From an uncultured Thiopseudomonas sp. (lineage in GTDB: Bacteria > Pseudomonadota > Gammaproteobacteria > Pseudomonadales > Pseudomonadaceae): a stretch of DNA of 37,491 nucleotides. Each line of letters begins with the position of its first letter. Position 1 is the first letter of the stretch. The notes under the pieces were generated by a model, which was not told the origin of the DNA, did not search any database, and saw nothing but the letters and a program-made list of their open reading frames with translations. Location of the stretch: the NCBI GenBank assembly GCA_964567275.1, contig CAZMLX010000003.1, forward strand, positions 1 through 37,491, read 5' to 3'. The translations under genes were made by a program, and so were the position numbers. Shown here in pieces: positions 19,776 to 29,968 of this stretch.

Positions 19776-21125
19776 TTATTCGCGCCGCATGGACATGGGA
19801 AACTGGGTACTGCCGTAACTGCCCGTGCAGTCGGCAATGCTTTGTGCGCCAGGCTTGCAGGTAACCTGGGGCATATCGTAGGTACTGCCGTCAGTGCAGG
19901 AGGCCTGGCCCTGGCTATGAATGCCGAGGCTGCCGTTATGCATGGCGGCGTTGACCGGGCCGCTGCAGGACGAACCATCGGAACGCTCGATGGTGACCTG
20001 GCCCTGGCCCTTCTGGAAGTCGTATTTGAGCCGTAGCGGCCGTGCGGTGCGTGCATCCATAATGCCGGCGCCGGCACGGTAGCTGCCGTCGAGGAAGTCG
20101 GCCGGTCCTTCGCCAATATCCGGCGGAATAAACAGTGGCTGGTTGGCGGCCACCGGCTCGAGGGTGGCGGGTGGCTGGACGGGCTCTGCCGGCAGCTCCG
20201 GTGGCTGTGGCGTGGGGGCCGGTATTTCCGGCAGTGTGGGTATCGGCTCGGCTGGCCGTGACGGTGGCGCCGCCGGCAGGCTGCCAACGGGAGGCATCAG
20301 TGCCGGCTCCGGTGCGGACGTGGTGAGGTCGTGGCCCAGTCGGGGCCCGGCTGTCGACAGCTGCAGATCGGGCGTGGTCACCCGCAGGTCGGGGGTGGTC
20401 AGTGATGGCAGCTTGTCCGACAGCAGCGGTATCCGTACCGAAGGGGTGCAGTAGCTGAGCAGGAAGGGCAACAACAGCAGCAACAACAGCAGTGGCAGTA
20501 GCCACCAGAACCGGGCCCAGCCGCTGCGGCGGGTGGCTACGGGTGCGGCGGCAGCAGGTAGTGGCGTAGCCGGTGGCACCGCCGCCATTACCGGGGCTGC
20601 GGGCAGTTCCGGTGGTCGGGCCGGACGTTCGTTGAGGAAAAACAACGGGTCTTTATAGCGGTCGGCGTCGTGACTGACAAAGCCCCAGAAGGTCAGCACC
20701 GGTTGCAGGCGGTCGTCCTGCTCTACCAGGTAGAGAAATTCGTTGGCAGGCGCATGGCTGGATAGCCCCAACAGTTTGCCAAAGATGATCTGGTCGCCCT
20801 GACCGGATTTTTTGCCGTTGTTGGCCAGGCTCTGGCTGATGCTGCCCACCTGACTGCGAAAATCCTCAAGTTGCCGGGTGGCCTGGCTGCGTTCGTCATC
20901 GCTGGCCGAGCTCCAGGGAATCACTTCGCCAGGCAGCGGGCTGTACCAGTCGAGTACATCGCCTTGCTCGTTGCTTTTGGGAATGGCCAAAAAACGGGCC
21001 AGATCGGGTGCCCGCCGCTCCAGTGCGGCAATGATTTGCAAGGCCGCCTTGTGTACCGGCTGGCCGGTGTCGCCCAGGGCAATAAATCCGTCGTACTTGC
21101 CGGATCGCAGTAACGCTCCCTGCAT
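19776..21125 (-). CDS. srfA: SrfA-family membrane-anchored protein
   Basis: LLRSG....F.ALG..GQPV, LAIP...DWYSP, PVLTFWGF; Pro-rich linkers flanking TM WWLLPLLLLLLLLP; Cys-containing C-terminal domain (FLDGSYRAGAG). ATG 21125 has CAGGAG RBS. Confidence 0.85.
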   Translation of the reverse strand: MQGALLRSGKYDGFIALGDTGQPVHKAALQIIAALERRAPDLARFLAIPKSNEQGDVLDWYSPLPGEVIPWSSASDDERSQATRQLEDFRSQVGSISQSLANNGKKSGQGDQIIFGKLLGLSSHAPANEFLYLVEQDDRLQPVLTFWGFVSHDADRYKDPLFFLNERPARPPELPAAPVMAAVPPATPLPAAAAPVATRRSGWARFWWLLPLLLLLLLLPFLLSYCTPSVRIPLLSDKLPSLTTPDLRVTTPDLQLSTAGPRLGHDLTTSAPEPALMPPVGSLPAAPPSRPAEPIPTLPEIPAPTPQPPELPAEPVQPPATLEPVAANQPLFIPPDIGEGPADFLDGSYRAGAGIMDARTARPLRLKYDFQKGQGQVTIERSDGSSCSGPVNAAMHNGSLGIHSQGQASCTDGSTYDMPQVTCKPGAQSIADCTGSYGSTQFPMSMRRE

Positions 21126-21170
21126 GCTCAAACTCCTGAATGACAATCCGGCTCCGGTTTGTCATTAATT

Positions 21171-21203
21171 AAAAACACACCGGCCCGTATCGGAGCCGGT
21201 GTG
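21171..21203 (-). terminator. Intrinsic terminator-like hairpin in the srfA leader
   Basis: Minus strand reads CACACCGGC-TCCGATACGG-GCCGGTGTG-TTTTT, ending ~45 nt before the srfA ATG. Confidence 0.6.
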
Positions 21204-21266
21204 CAAGGTTGCTAAAAGGGTGCGAATCTGGCGGCGGGCAAAACAGCTGCTGAAGCCTTTAATCAG

Positions 21267-21295
21267 ATTGTAAGATAACGAAATCTTAATATCAA
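21267..21295 (-). promoter_or_regulatory. Sigma70-type promoter for the srf operon with an overlapping palindromic operator candidate
   Basis: Minus strand TTGATA (21290-21295), 17-nt spacer, TACAAT (21267-21272). TAAGAT-N6-ATCTTA inverted repeat at 21271-21288. Confidence 0.65.
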
Positions 21296-21421
21296 AATGC
21301 GATCGGGGTCAATGAAGCGGAGCCATGGTCGATAATGTCATTACGATGTTATTGCTTGGGAGGTGCTGAATACTGTTGGCGAAGCAGCTGTCGGCTCCGC
21401 AGATGACAGGGGAAATCCGGT

Positions 21422-23530
21422 TCAGGCCTCCACCCGTGGCAGGCTCAGTTTGTCCTGCAACCGTTGCTGGGCGTGGCGCGGTTTGTCGTCGACCGGGCTG
21501 GCCAGCTGGTAGCTGCCGTCGGCCTGCAGCAGCCAGGCGTGGGTGTTGTCGCGCAGGTAATGGCCCAGCTCTTTTTTCACCCGGCGCAGCAACTTGTCGC
21601 TGGTCAGCGGAAAGCAGGCTTCGATGCGTTTGTCGAGGTTGCGCTCCATCCAGTCGGCGCTGGACAGAAAAACCCGCTCGCTGCCTTCGCCGGCATTCAG
21701 AAAATAGTAGACCCGGCTATGCTCCAGCTGGCGGCCAATGATCGAGCGCACATGGATGTTGTCGGACACGCCGGGAATGCCCGGGCGCAGGCAGCACATG
21801 CCGCGTACGATCAGGTCGATGCGCACGCCGGCCTGGCTGGCCCGAAACAGCGCCTTGATCATCTTGGCGTCGGTCAGCGAGTTGAGCTTGATGACGATAT
21901 GCGCCGGCAGGCCGGCCAGGGCATTGGTTTCTTCCTGGACAATCATCTCCAGCAGGCTGCTGCGCAGGGTAAAGGGGGCATGCAGCAGTTGCTGCATGGG
22001 CTTGGCCCGCCCCATGCCGACCAGCTGGTGAAACAGGTTGGATACGTCTTCGCACAACCCGGGGTTGCCGGTCAGCAGGCTGTAATCGGTATAGAGCAGG
22101 GCGTTGCCGGCGTGGTAGTTGCCGGTGCCCAGGTGGGCATAGCGCACCAGGCTGTCCTGTTCGCGGCGCAGCACCAGCGCCAGTTTGGCGTGAGTCTTGA
22201 GGCCGAGCATGCCGTAAATCACCACAGCACCGGCGGCTTGCAGGCGGCTGGCCAGTGCCAGGTTGGATTCTTCGTCAAAACGGGCACGCAATTCGATGAC
22301 CACCGTGACTTCCTTGCCGTTGCGGGCCGCTTCGACCAGCGCATCGACAATCTGCGAGTCGGCGCCGGAGCGGTACAGCGTCTGCTTGATCGCCAGCACC
22401 TGTGGGTCTTGCGCTGCATGGCGCAAAAAGTCGATCACCGGGGTGAAGGACTCGTAGGGGTGGTAGAGCAATACATCCTGCTTGCCGAGGGTCTGGAAGA
22501 TGTCTTCTGTTTTTTGCAGCGCTTTGGGAATGGCCGGGGTAAAGGGTGCAAAGCGCAAATGCGGATGGCTGGTCAGTTCGGTAATGGCAAACAGCCGGGT
22601 CAGGTTGACCGGCCCCTGTACCCGGTACAGCTCATCCTCGCCCAGCTTGAACTGTTGCAGCAGGTACTCGACCAGGTGCGGCGGGCAGTTGTCGGCCACC
22701 TCCAGCCGCACTGCATCACCAAAGCGGCGGGCGTACAACTCGCCACGCAGGGCGCTGGCCAGGTCGGCGACATCGTCCACTTCCATCGACAGGTCGGCGT
22801 TGCGGGTCAGCCGGAACTGGTAACAGCCTTTGACGCTCATGCCGTGAAACAGGTCGTCGGCGTGGGCGTGGATCATTGACGACAGAAACACATGGTTGAC
22901 GCCTTCGCCGCCGATCTCTTCCGGAATGCGGATTAGCCGGGGCAGGCTGCGCGGTGCCGGCAAAATGGCCAGCCCCAGGTCGCGGCCAAAGTCGTCCACG
23001 CCTTCCAGCTCGACGATAAAGTTGAGGCTTTTGTTGGCCAGCAGCGGGAAGGGGTGGGCCGAGTCCAGCCCGATCGGGGTCATTACCGGTGCCACTTCGG
23101 CATGGAAAAAAGTGGCTACCCAGTCACGAATGGCCGGCGTCCAGTGGCGGCGGCGCACAAAGCGGATGCCTTCGCTGGCCAGTGCCGGCAACAGGGTGTG
23201 ATTGAGAATCTGGTACTGGCGCTCAACCTGCTGATGGGCGATCTCGGCGATACGCTCCAGCGCCTGCTGGGGCTGGATGCCGTCGGCGTCAATGCGGGGG
23301 CGTGAGCGGGTGACCTGCCGTTTGAGGCCGGCCACCCGGATCTCGAAAAATTCGTCCATATTGCTGGAAAAAATAAGCAGAAACTTGAGCCGTTCCAGCA
23401 GTGGTGTGTCCTCGTCCAGCGCCTGCTCCAGCACCCGGATATTGAACTGCAGCTGTGATAGCTCGCGGTGGATGTACAGACTGCTGTCATCCAGGGCGAT
23501 CATGGCGGGGGCGGGGTTGTCTGGGGGCAT
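21422..23530 (-). CDS. ppk1: Polyphosphate kinase 1
   Basis: [78 protein letters not shown]. Start at ATG 23530 is approximate. Confidence 0.95.
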   Translation of the reverse strand: MPPDNPAPAMIALDDSSLYIHRELSQLQFNIRVLEQALDEDTPLLERLKFLLIFSSNMDEFFEIRVAGLKRQVTRSRPRIDADGIQPQQALERIAEIAHQQVERQYQILNHTLLPALASEGIRFVRRRHWTPAIRDWVATFFHAEVAPVMTPIGLDSAHPFPLLANKSLNFIVELEGVDDFGRDLGLAILPAPRSLPRLIRIPEEIGGEGVNHVFLSSMIHAHADDLFHGMSVKGCYQFRLTRNADLSMEVDDVADLASALRGELYARRFGDAVRLEVADNCPPHLVEYLLQQFKLGEDELYRVQGPVNLTRLFAITELTSHPHLRFAPFTPAIPKALQKTEDIFQTLGKQDVLLYHPYESFTPVIDFLRHAAQDPQVLAIKQTLYRSGADSQIVDALVEAARNGKEVTVVIELRARFDEESNLALASRLQAAGAVVIYGMLGLKTHAKLALVLRREQDSLVRYAHLGTGNYHAGNALLYTDYSLLTGNPGLCEDVSNLFHQLVGMGRAKPMQQLLHAPFTLRSSLLEMIVQEETNALAGLPAHIVIKLNSLTDAKMIKALFRASQAGVRIDLIVRGMCCLRPGIPGVSDNIHVRSIIGRQLEHSRVYYFLNAGEGSERVFLSSADWMERNLDKRIEACFPLTSDKLLRRVKKELGHYLRDNTHAWLLQADGSYQLASPVDDKPRHAQQRLQDKLSLPRVEA

Positions 23531-23560
23531 GATGCGTCTGCTTTGAATATTGGGATTTAT

Positions 23561-23701
23561 GGAAACACTGAACAAATGGGCTGGCTCGAAATGAAGCTGC
23601 CCGGCAGGCTTGTCATGCTGCGCATAGTCGCAGCATCCATGGATTCTGCGTCTCGCTATGCTAGCGCAGAATGACGAGCTGTAGTTTTATTCAGCGCTTC
23701 C
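23561..23701. mobile_element. 141-bp MITE, copy 1 (16-bp TIRs, TTAT target duplication, internal REP doublet)
   Basis: Left end GGAAACACTGAACAAA, right end TTTATTCAGCGCTTCC; TTAT on both sides (23557-23560, 23702-23705); near-identical copy at 27054-27194. Confidence 0.85.
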
Positions 23702-23710
23702 TTATGTTTG

Positions 23711-23754
23711 CATCAACAGAGGCCAAGGCTCTGCGTACCTGGCCTCTGCTGATG
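23711..23754. repeat. Imperfect 15-bp hairpin
   Basis: CATCAACAGAGGCCA ... TGGCCTCTGCTGATG. Confidence 0.65.
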
Positions 23755-23782
23755 CCATAAAGTGCGTGCATTTTGCCAGCAC

Positions 23783-23890
23783 GCATCATCGGGATATGGT
23801 GGAGCAAACCTTGTGTCGCCATGGATGGCGACACAGAGCCTACAGGGACGTACTTGCGGCGTGTTTGCGTAATCCATATCACGAGGATGC
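23783..23890. repeat. Nested palindromic repeat element
   Basis: Outer IR GCATCATCGGGATATGG / CCATATCACGAGGATGC; inner GCAAAC/GTTTGC; hairpin TGTGTCGCCAT-GG-ATGGCGACACA; core GAGCCTACAGGGACGTACTTGCGGCGTG. Confidence 0.75.
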
Positions 23891-23910
23891 TGGCGCTGAG
23901 GCCGGGAAAA

Positions 23911-24984
<1,074 letters not shown>

Positions 24985-25009
24985 TTAACCACAAAACCGG
25001 ATTATTTCC

Positions 25010-25037
25010 TTGCATGTGCAAACCGCTCTGGTATCAT
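25010..25037 (+). promoter_or_regulatory. Probable sigma70 promoter of rpmE
   Basis: TTGCAT, 16-nt spacer, TATCAT, with TG at the extended -10 position. Confidence 0.5.
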
Positions 25038-25111
25038 CTGCGCCCCTGTCACGTGCGGTATTCAACTAATGGGGTTGGATGGCGGCACGATTCAATGTTC
25101 GAGGACACGCC

Positions 25112-25324
25112 ATGAAAGCTGACATTCATCCAAATTACACCGACATCAACGCAACCTGCAGCTGCGGTAATGTCATCAAGACCCGCTCCACCATCGGTCA
25201 GGACATCAACATTGATGTATGTTCCGAGTGCCACCCGTTCTACACCGGCAAGCAAAAGGTACTGGACGTGGGCGGCCGCATCGACCGCTTCAAACAGCGT
25301 TTCGGTGGCTTCGGCGCCAAGTAA
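25112..25324 (+). CDS. rpmE: 50S ribosomal protein L31 (Zn-binding type A)
   Basis: [13 protein letters not shown]...[20 protein letters not shown]; GAGG RBS. Confidence 0.97.
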   Translation: MKADIHPNYTDINATCSCGNVIKTRSTIGQDINIDVCSECHPFYTGKQKVLDVGGRIDRFKQRFGGFGAK

Positions 25325-25337
25325 GGCCCGCTTCATC

Positions 25338-25366
25338 AAAAAAGCGCTCTTTGGAGCGCTTTTTTA
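25338..25366 (+). terminator. Intrinsic (probably bidirectional) terminator after rpmE
   Basis: AAAAAAGCGCTC-TTTG-GAGCGCTTTTTT. Confidence 0.88.
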
Positions 25367-25476
25367 TTGCCTGACGTTTGGTCGTAGCCGGGCTGGCATA
25401 AGGTCTACTTGTAGGGGGATGGCATCTTGTGTATCCTCACAGACCCTGTTAATTACTACGTTGTGGACCATCCATC

Positions 25477-26745
25477 ATGTCAGATCTGAAAGCTGCCGCT
25501 CTTGAATATCATATGTCGCCGCGTCCGGGAAAACTGAGTGTCGAGCTGACCAAGCCGACCTCCAGCGCCCGCGATCTGGCCCTGGCGTACAGCCCGGGGG
25601 TGGCAGAGCCGGTACGCGAGATCGAACGTGATGCATCGCTGGCTTACCGTTATACCGGCAAGGGCAACCTAGTGGCAGTGATTACCGACGGTACCGCCGT
25701 GCTGGGGCTGGGCAATACCGGTCCGCTGGCGTCCAAGCCGGTGATGGAAGGCAAGGGCGTGTTGTTCAAGCGCTTTGCGGGCGTTGACGTGTTTGACATT
25801 GAAGTGGCGTCCGAGAGTCCGCAGGCGTTTATCGACACCGTTCGCCGTATTTCCATTACCTTTGGCGGCATTAACCTGGAAGATATCAAAGCGCCCGAGT
25901 GTTTTGAAATCGAGCGTACACTGATTGAACAGTGCGATATTCCGGTGTTCCACGACGACCAGCACGGCACGGCCATTGTCACCGCTGCCGGCATGCTCAA
26001 TGCGCTGGAAATTGCCGGCAAACGGCTGGAAGACGCCCGCATTGTTTGCCTGGGTGCCGGTGCCGCTGCCACCGCCTGCATGAAACTGCTGATCAGCCTG
26101 GGCGCCAAGCTGGAAAATATCTATATGGTCGACCGCAAGGGCGTGATCCACAGCGGCCGTGACGACCTCAACCAGTACAAGGCGGCGTTCGCCCACGACA
26201 CCGACCGTCACACCCTGGAACAGGCGATGGAAGGGGCTGACGTTTTTGTCGGTCTGTCCGGCCCCAACCTGCTGAGCGCCGAAAACCTCAAGCGCATGGC
26301 TGAAAATCCGGTGGTGTTTGCCTCCTCCAACCCGGACCCTGAAATCCGCCCGGAAATGGCGCACGCCACCCGTTCCGACGTGATCATGGCCACCGGTCGT
26401 TCCGACTACCCCAACCAGGTCAATAACGTACTCTGCTTTCCGTTCATCTTCCGCGGTGCGCTGGACGTGCGTGCCACCCGCATCAACGAAGAAATGAAAA
26501 TTGCCGCCGTACACGCCATTCGTGACCTGGCAAAAATGCCCTGCCCGGTGGAAGTCTGTGCGGTATATGGCGTGGACAAGATGGAGTTTGGCCGCAGCTA
26601 CATTCTGCCCAAACCGGTTGACCCCCGCCTGATCACCCTGGTGTCCGATGCCGTGGCCCGTGCCGCCATTGACAGTGGCGTTGCCACCCTGCCATACCCG
26701 GCGCACTATCCGTTGCAGTCGGTGGATGATGTGTTTGCCAGCTGA
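25477..26745 (+). CDS. maeB: NAD(P)-dependent malic enzyme (short form, no PTA domain)
   Basis: LAYSPGVAEP, SKPVMEGK, INLEDIKAPECF, FHDDQHGTA, GAGAAA, NPDPEI, ATGRSDYPNQVNN. Confidence 0.93.
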   Translation: MSDLKAAALEYHMSPRPGKLSVELTKPTSSARDLALAYSPGVAEPVREIERDASLAYRYTGKGNLVAVITDGTAVLGLGNTGPLASKPVMEGKGVLFKRFAGVDVFDIEVASESPQAFIDTVRRISITFGGINLEDIKAPECFEIERTLIEQCDIPVFHDDQHGTAIVTAAGMLNALEIAGKRLEDARIVCLGAGAAATACMKLLISLGAKLENIYMVDRKGVIHSGRDDLNQYKAAFAHDTDRHTLEQAMEGADVFVGLSGPNLLSAENLKRMAENPVVFASSNPDPEIRPEMAHATRSDVIMATGRSDYPNQVNNVLCFPFIFRGALDVRATRINEEMKIAAVHAIRDLAKMPCPVEVCAVYGVDKMEFGRSYILPKPVDPRLITLVSDAVARAAIDSGVATLPYPAHYPLQSVDDVFAS

Positions 26746-26772
26746 TGAACGCAGGCTTTGTATCTGTACCAG

Positions 26773-26803
26773 GAATGCCGGGCTTGCCCCGGCATTCTTC
26801 TTT
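26773..26803 (+). terminator. Intrinsic terminator after the malic enzyme gene
   Basis: GAATGCCGGG-CTTGC-CCCGGCATTC followed by TTCTTT. Confidence 0.75.
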
Positions 26804-27053
26804 CCGTCACAGCCTGCTTGGACCGCAGGCTAAAGGGAGGCAGCAGCGGCGGTAGCCGGGCTGAAAACAGTCGGGGCTTTAGATTGAATTTGCCGGCCTG
26901 TATGATTCGGCCTTTAATTGGGGGCCGGGCGTGTATAGGAGTGTGCGTTGGCGGGTTTGCCGGTAATGGCCCTCGACCTGAAAAATATTGTTTGCTGCAT
27001 GTTGAAGGGCGCTCCCAATAAACAGACGCCTTTTAAACGCCGTATTCTGTTAA

Positions 27054-27194
27054 AGAAGCACTGAACAAATGGGCTGGCTCGAAATGAAGCTGCCCCAGCA
27101 GACGTGTCATGCTGCGCGTAGTCGCAGCATCCATGGATTCTGCGACTCGCTATGCTCGCAAGAATGACGAGCTGCAGTTTTATTCAGCGTTTTC
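27054..27194. mobile_element. 141-bp MITE, copy 2 (TTAA target duplication)
   Basis: Left end AGAAGCACTGAACAAA, right end TTTATTCAGCGTTTTC; TTAA on both sides (27050-27053, 27195-27198); same length and body as 23561-23701. Confidence 0.85.
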
Positions 27195-27258
27195 TTAAAA
27201 GTTTTTCTCAGTGGCGCAGCGGGTCTTGTGAACACCACCCATTGACCAGAGGCTTTTC

Positions 27259-28140
27259 ATGAAAGGCATAATCCTCGCCGGCGGCTCCGGCACCCGTCTT
27301 TACCCCATTACCAAGGGCGTTTCCAAGCAGCTGGTGCCCATCTACGACAAGCCTATGGTGTATTACCCGCTGTCGGTACTGATGCTGGCCGGTATCCGTG
27401 AGGTGCTGATTATCACCACGCCTGAGGACCAAAGCAGTTTTCAGCGATTGCTGGGCGATGGCAGCGAGTTGGGCATGCGTTTTGACTATGTGGTGCAGCC
27501 CTCGCCGGATGGCCTGGCGCAGGCGTTTATCCTGGGGCGTGAGTTTATTGGTGATGACGCCGTGTGCCTGGTGCTGGGCGATAACATCTATTACGGCCAT
27601 GATCTGGTCAAATTGCTGCATTCTGCGGTCAGTAACGCCGAGCAGCTGAACCAGGCGACGGTGTTTGGTTACCACGTCACCGATCCGCAGCGTTATGGCG
27701 TGGCCGGCTTTGATACCGAAGGCAAGGTGGTTTCGCTGGAAGAAAAGCCCATCAAGCCCAAGTCAAACTTTGCTGTAACCGGCCTGTATTTTTACCCCAA
27801 TGACGTGGTGCAAAAAGCGGCACAGGTTGAACCCTCCGCACGGGGCGAGCTGGAAATTACCACCGTCAACCAGATGTACCTGGCCGAAAACCGGCTGATG
27901 CTGGAAAAAATGGGTCGTGGCTTTGCCTGGCTGGATACCGGCACCCATGAAAGCCTGCTGGAAGCCTCTGCTTTTATCGAAACCATAGAAAAGCGTCAGG
28001 GGCTGAAAGTGGCCTGTCTTGAAGAAATCGCCTACGAAATGGGCTACATCAGTCGTGAACAATTATTGGCCCTGGCCGAGCCGCTGGCGAAAAACCAGTA
28101 CGGCCAGTACCTGATCCGCCGTGCCGGACAGGAGGTTTAA
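27259..28140 (+). CDS. rmlA: Glucose-1-phosphate thymidylyltransferase
   Basis: [60 protein letters not shown]. Confidence 0.96.
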   Translation: MKGIILAGGSGTRLYPITKGVSKQLVPIYDKPMVYYPLSVLMLAGIREVLIITTPEDQSSFQRLLGDGSELGMRFDYVVQPSPDGLAQAFILGREFIGDDAVCLVLGDNIYYGHDLVKLLHSAVSNAEQLNQATVFGYHVTDPQRYGVAGFDTEGKVVSLEEKPIKPKSNFAVTGLYFYPNDVVQKAAQVEPSARGELEITTVNQMYLAENRLMLEKMGRGFAWLDTGTHESLLEASAFIETIEKRQGLKVACLEEIAYEMGYISREQLLALAEPLAKNQYGQYLIRRAGQEV

Positions 28141-28142
28141 AC

Positions 28143-28718
28143 ATGCAATTTACACGGCAATCCATCCCCGATGTGGTGCTGATTGAGCCCAAAGTGCATG
28201 GCGATGCGCGCGGCTATTTTTGTGAAACCTGGCGGCAGGACAGGCTGGACGAGTTTTTGGGCCATGAACTGAGGTTTTGTCAGGACAACGAATCACGTTC
28301 GACCCGTGGCGTGCTACGCGGTTTGCATTTTCAGTTGACACCCCATGCACAAACCAAGCTGGTGCGGGTGCTGGAAGGTGAAGTGCTGGATGTGGCAGTG
28401 GATATCCGTGCCGGCAGCCCCACCTTTGGCCAGCATGTAACGATGCGCCTAAGCGGTGACAACAAAAAGCAACTGCTGATTCCCCGTGGTTTTGCTCACG
28501 GTTTTGTGGTGTTGAGCGAAACAGCGCTGTTTGCCTACAAGGTGGACAACTACTATTCGCCGGAATGCGACCGTGGCATCGCGTTTGACGACCCGGCCTT
28601 GGGCATTGACTGGTTGTTGCCCCGAGAGCAGTTACAGCTGTCGGCCAAAGACCAGCAGCAACCGCTGTTGAGTGCACTGCAGCAGGGCTTTGACTATGGG
28701 GTCGATTACTATGACTAG
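28143..28718 (+). CDS. rmlC: dTDP-4-dehydrorhamnose 3,5-epimerase
   Basis: DARGYF, QDNES, GVLRGLHFQ, DVAVDIR, IPRGFAHGF, LSAKD. Confidence 0.96.
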   Translation: MQFTRQSIPDVVLIEPKVHGDARGYFCETWRQDRLDEFLGHELRFCQDNESRSTRGVLRGLHFQLTPHAQTKLVRVLEGEVLDVAVDIRAGSPTFGQHVTMRLSGDNKKQLLIPRGFAHGFVVLSETALFAYKVDNYYSPECDRGIAFDDPALGIDWLLPREQLQLSAKDQQQPLLSALQQGFDYGVDYYD

Positions 28719-29670
28719 GCGGGTGCTGGTGACCGGCAAAAACGGCCAGCTGGGGCAAAGCCTGCAGAAAATAGCGGGCCAGTATCCGCAGTTTTCGTTC
28801 GAGTTTGTCGGGCGTGAGCAGCTTGACCTGGCCAGTGCCGAGTCGGTGCAGTCATTTTTTTCTGGCTCACAGCCCTACGCCGGCATCATCAATGCGGCGG
28901 CCTATACGGCGGTGGACAAGGCGGAATCTGAACCTGAGCAGGCCGACCGGGTGAATCACCTGGCGGTTGCCCAGTTGTCTGAAATCGCCCGTGCGCAGGG
29001 CGCTTTTTTGCTGCATGTATCTACGGATTATGTATTTGATGGCAAAGGCTGTCGGCCCTGGCTAGAGAGCGACCCGGTGGCGCCGGTGAATGAATACGGC
29101 CGCAGCAAGCTGGCCGGCGAGCAGGCCATGCAGGCTTCGGGTTGCTGCGGGGCTATTGTGCGCACCAGCTGGGTGTATTCCGAGTTTGGCAGTAACTTTG
29201 TCAAGACCATGCTGCGCCTTGGCACTGAACGGGATGAGCTGGGGGTTATTTTTGACCAGGCGGGTACGCCAACCTATGCCACGGATTTGGCCCGGGTGTT
29301 ATTGGGGTTGTTGGAGCAGGGGTGCGGCGAGCAGGTGCAGGCTGGCTCAGTAGTGAGTGCAGGCAGTAACCGGCTGGATCCTGCGACTTCGCTACGCTCC
29401 GCGCAGGATGACAAACAATACAAGGCAGAAGCAGTTGCGGTATATCACTTCAGCAATGAAGGCGTGTGCAGCTGGTACGACTTTGCCTGCGCCATTTTTG
29501 AGCTGTCGGGCGTGCCGTGCCGGGTCAAACCGATTGCAACCAGCGACTACCCGACCCCGGCGGTGCGGCCGCATTACAGTGTGTTGAATAAAGGCAAAAT
29601 TCGGCAGCAATTGGATGTGGTTATTCCACATTGGCGGGATTCCTTGAGGCAATGCCTGGCCTTGATGTAG
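28711..29670 (+). CDS. rmlD: dTDP-4-dehydrorhamnose reductase (with an in-frame palindromic insert)
   Basis: VTGKNGQLG, NAAAYTAVDKAESE, STDYVFDG, YGRSK, RTSWVY, PTYATDLA, RPHYSVL; ATG 28711 overlaps the end of rmlC. Confidence 0.95.
   Translation: MTRRVLVTGKNGQLGQSLQKIAGQYPQFSFEFVGREQLDLASAESVQSFFSGSQPYAGIINAAAYTAVDKAESEPEQADRVNHLAVAQLSEIARAQGAFLLHVSTDYVFDGKGCRPWLESDPVAPVNEYGRSKLAGEQAMQASGCCGAIVRTSWVYSEFGSNFVKTMLRLGTERDELGVIFDQAGTPTYATDLARVLLGLLEQGCGEQVQAGSVVSAGSNRLDPATSLRSAQDDKQYKAEAVAVYHFSNEGVCSWYDFACAIFELSGVPCRVKPIATSDYPTPAVRPHYSVLNKGKIRQQLDVVIPHWRDSLRQCLALM
29373..29412. repeat. REP-like palindrome inside rmlD
   Basis: GGATCCTGCGACTTCGCTACGCTCCGCGCAGGATGAC, near-identical to intergenic 29751-29787. 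Confidence 0.88.
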
Positions 29671-29724
29671 GTGGTTATGAGATTTGTGGCTTTAGGTTGC
29701 CTAAGGTTGGAGTGGCTAGCGCAC

Positions 29725-29889
29725 TAGTGATTGCAGGTAAGCAAGCCGCTGGATCCTGCGACTGCGCTTCGCTTCGCGCAGGATGACAGGGTGGTAGGGC
29801 TTCTCTTAGTGTAGGGTAACAGGATGGGGGCCTCGCTTCGCGAAGGATGATGGAGTTATGTCACCCTGCGCGCAGTCGCAGGGTCCAGC
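29725..29889. repeat. Intergenic cluster of REP-like palindromes between rmlD and rmlB
   Basis: GGATCCTGCGACTGCGCTTCGCTTCGCGCAGGATGAC (29751-29787), a decayed copy at ~29820-29850, and an opposite-orientation GTCACCCTGCGCGCAGTCGCAGGGTCCAGC (29860-29889). Confidence 0.85.
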
Positions 29890-29968
29890 GCTTTCAGGCA
29901 ATGCGGGTATTGAGCCGGCCCAGGCGGTTGGCAGAATCATTTTAAATTTGAAGGACGGTTAATCCGCT

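Noticed and set aside
21269-21290. GacA box (TGTAAG-N6-CTTACA) at the srf promoter
   Set aside because: Spacing is N10 and the right half differs; kept only as an unassigned palindrome.
21330-21350. Fur-box-like GATAATGTCATTAC upstream of the srf promoter
   Set aside because: Only a partial match with wrong spacing relative to the 19-bp Fur consensus.
26848-26855. ops/JUMPstart element GGCGGTAG upstream of the rml genes
   Set aside because: It is ~400 bp from the rmlA ATG, lacks the downstream TG and the JUMPstart hairpin, and an 8-mer is likely by chance in GC-rich DNA.
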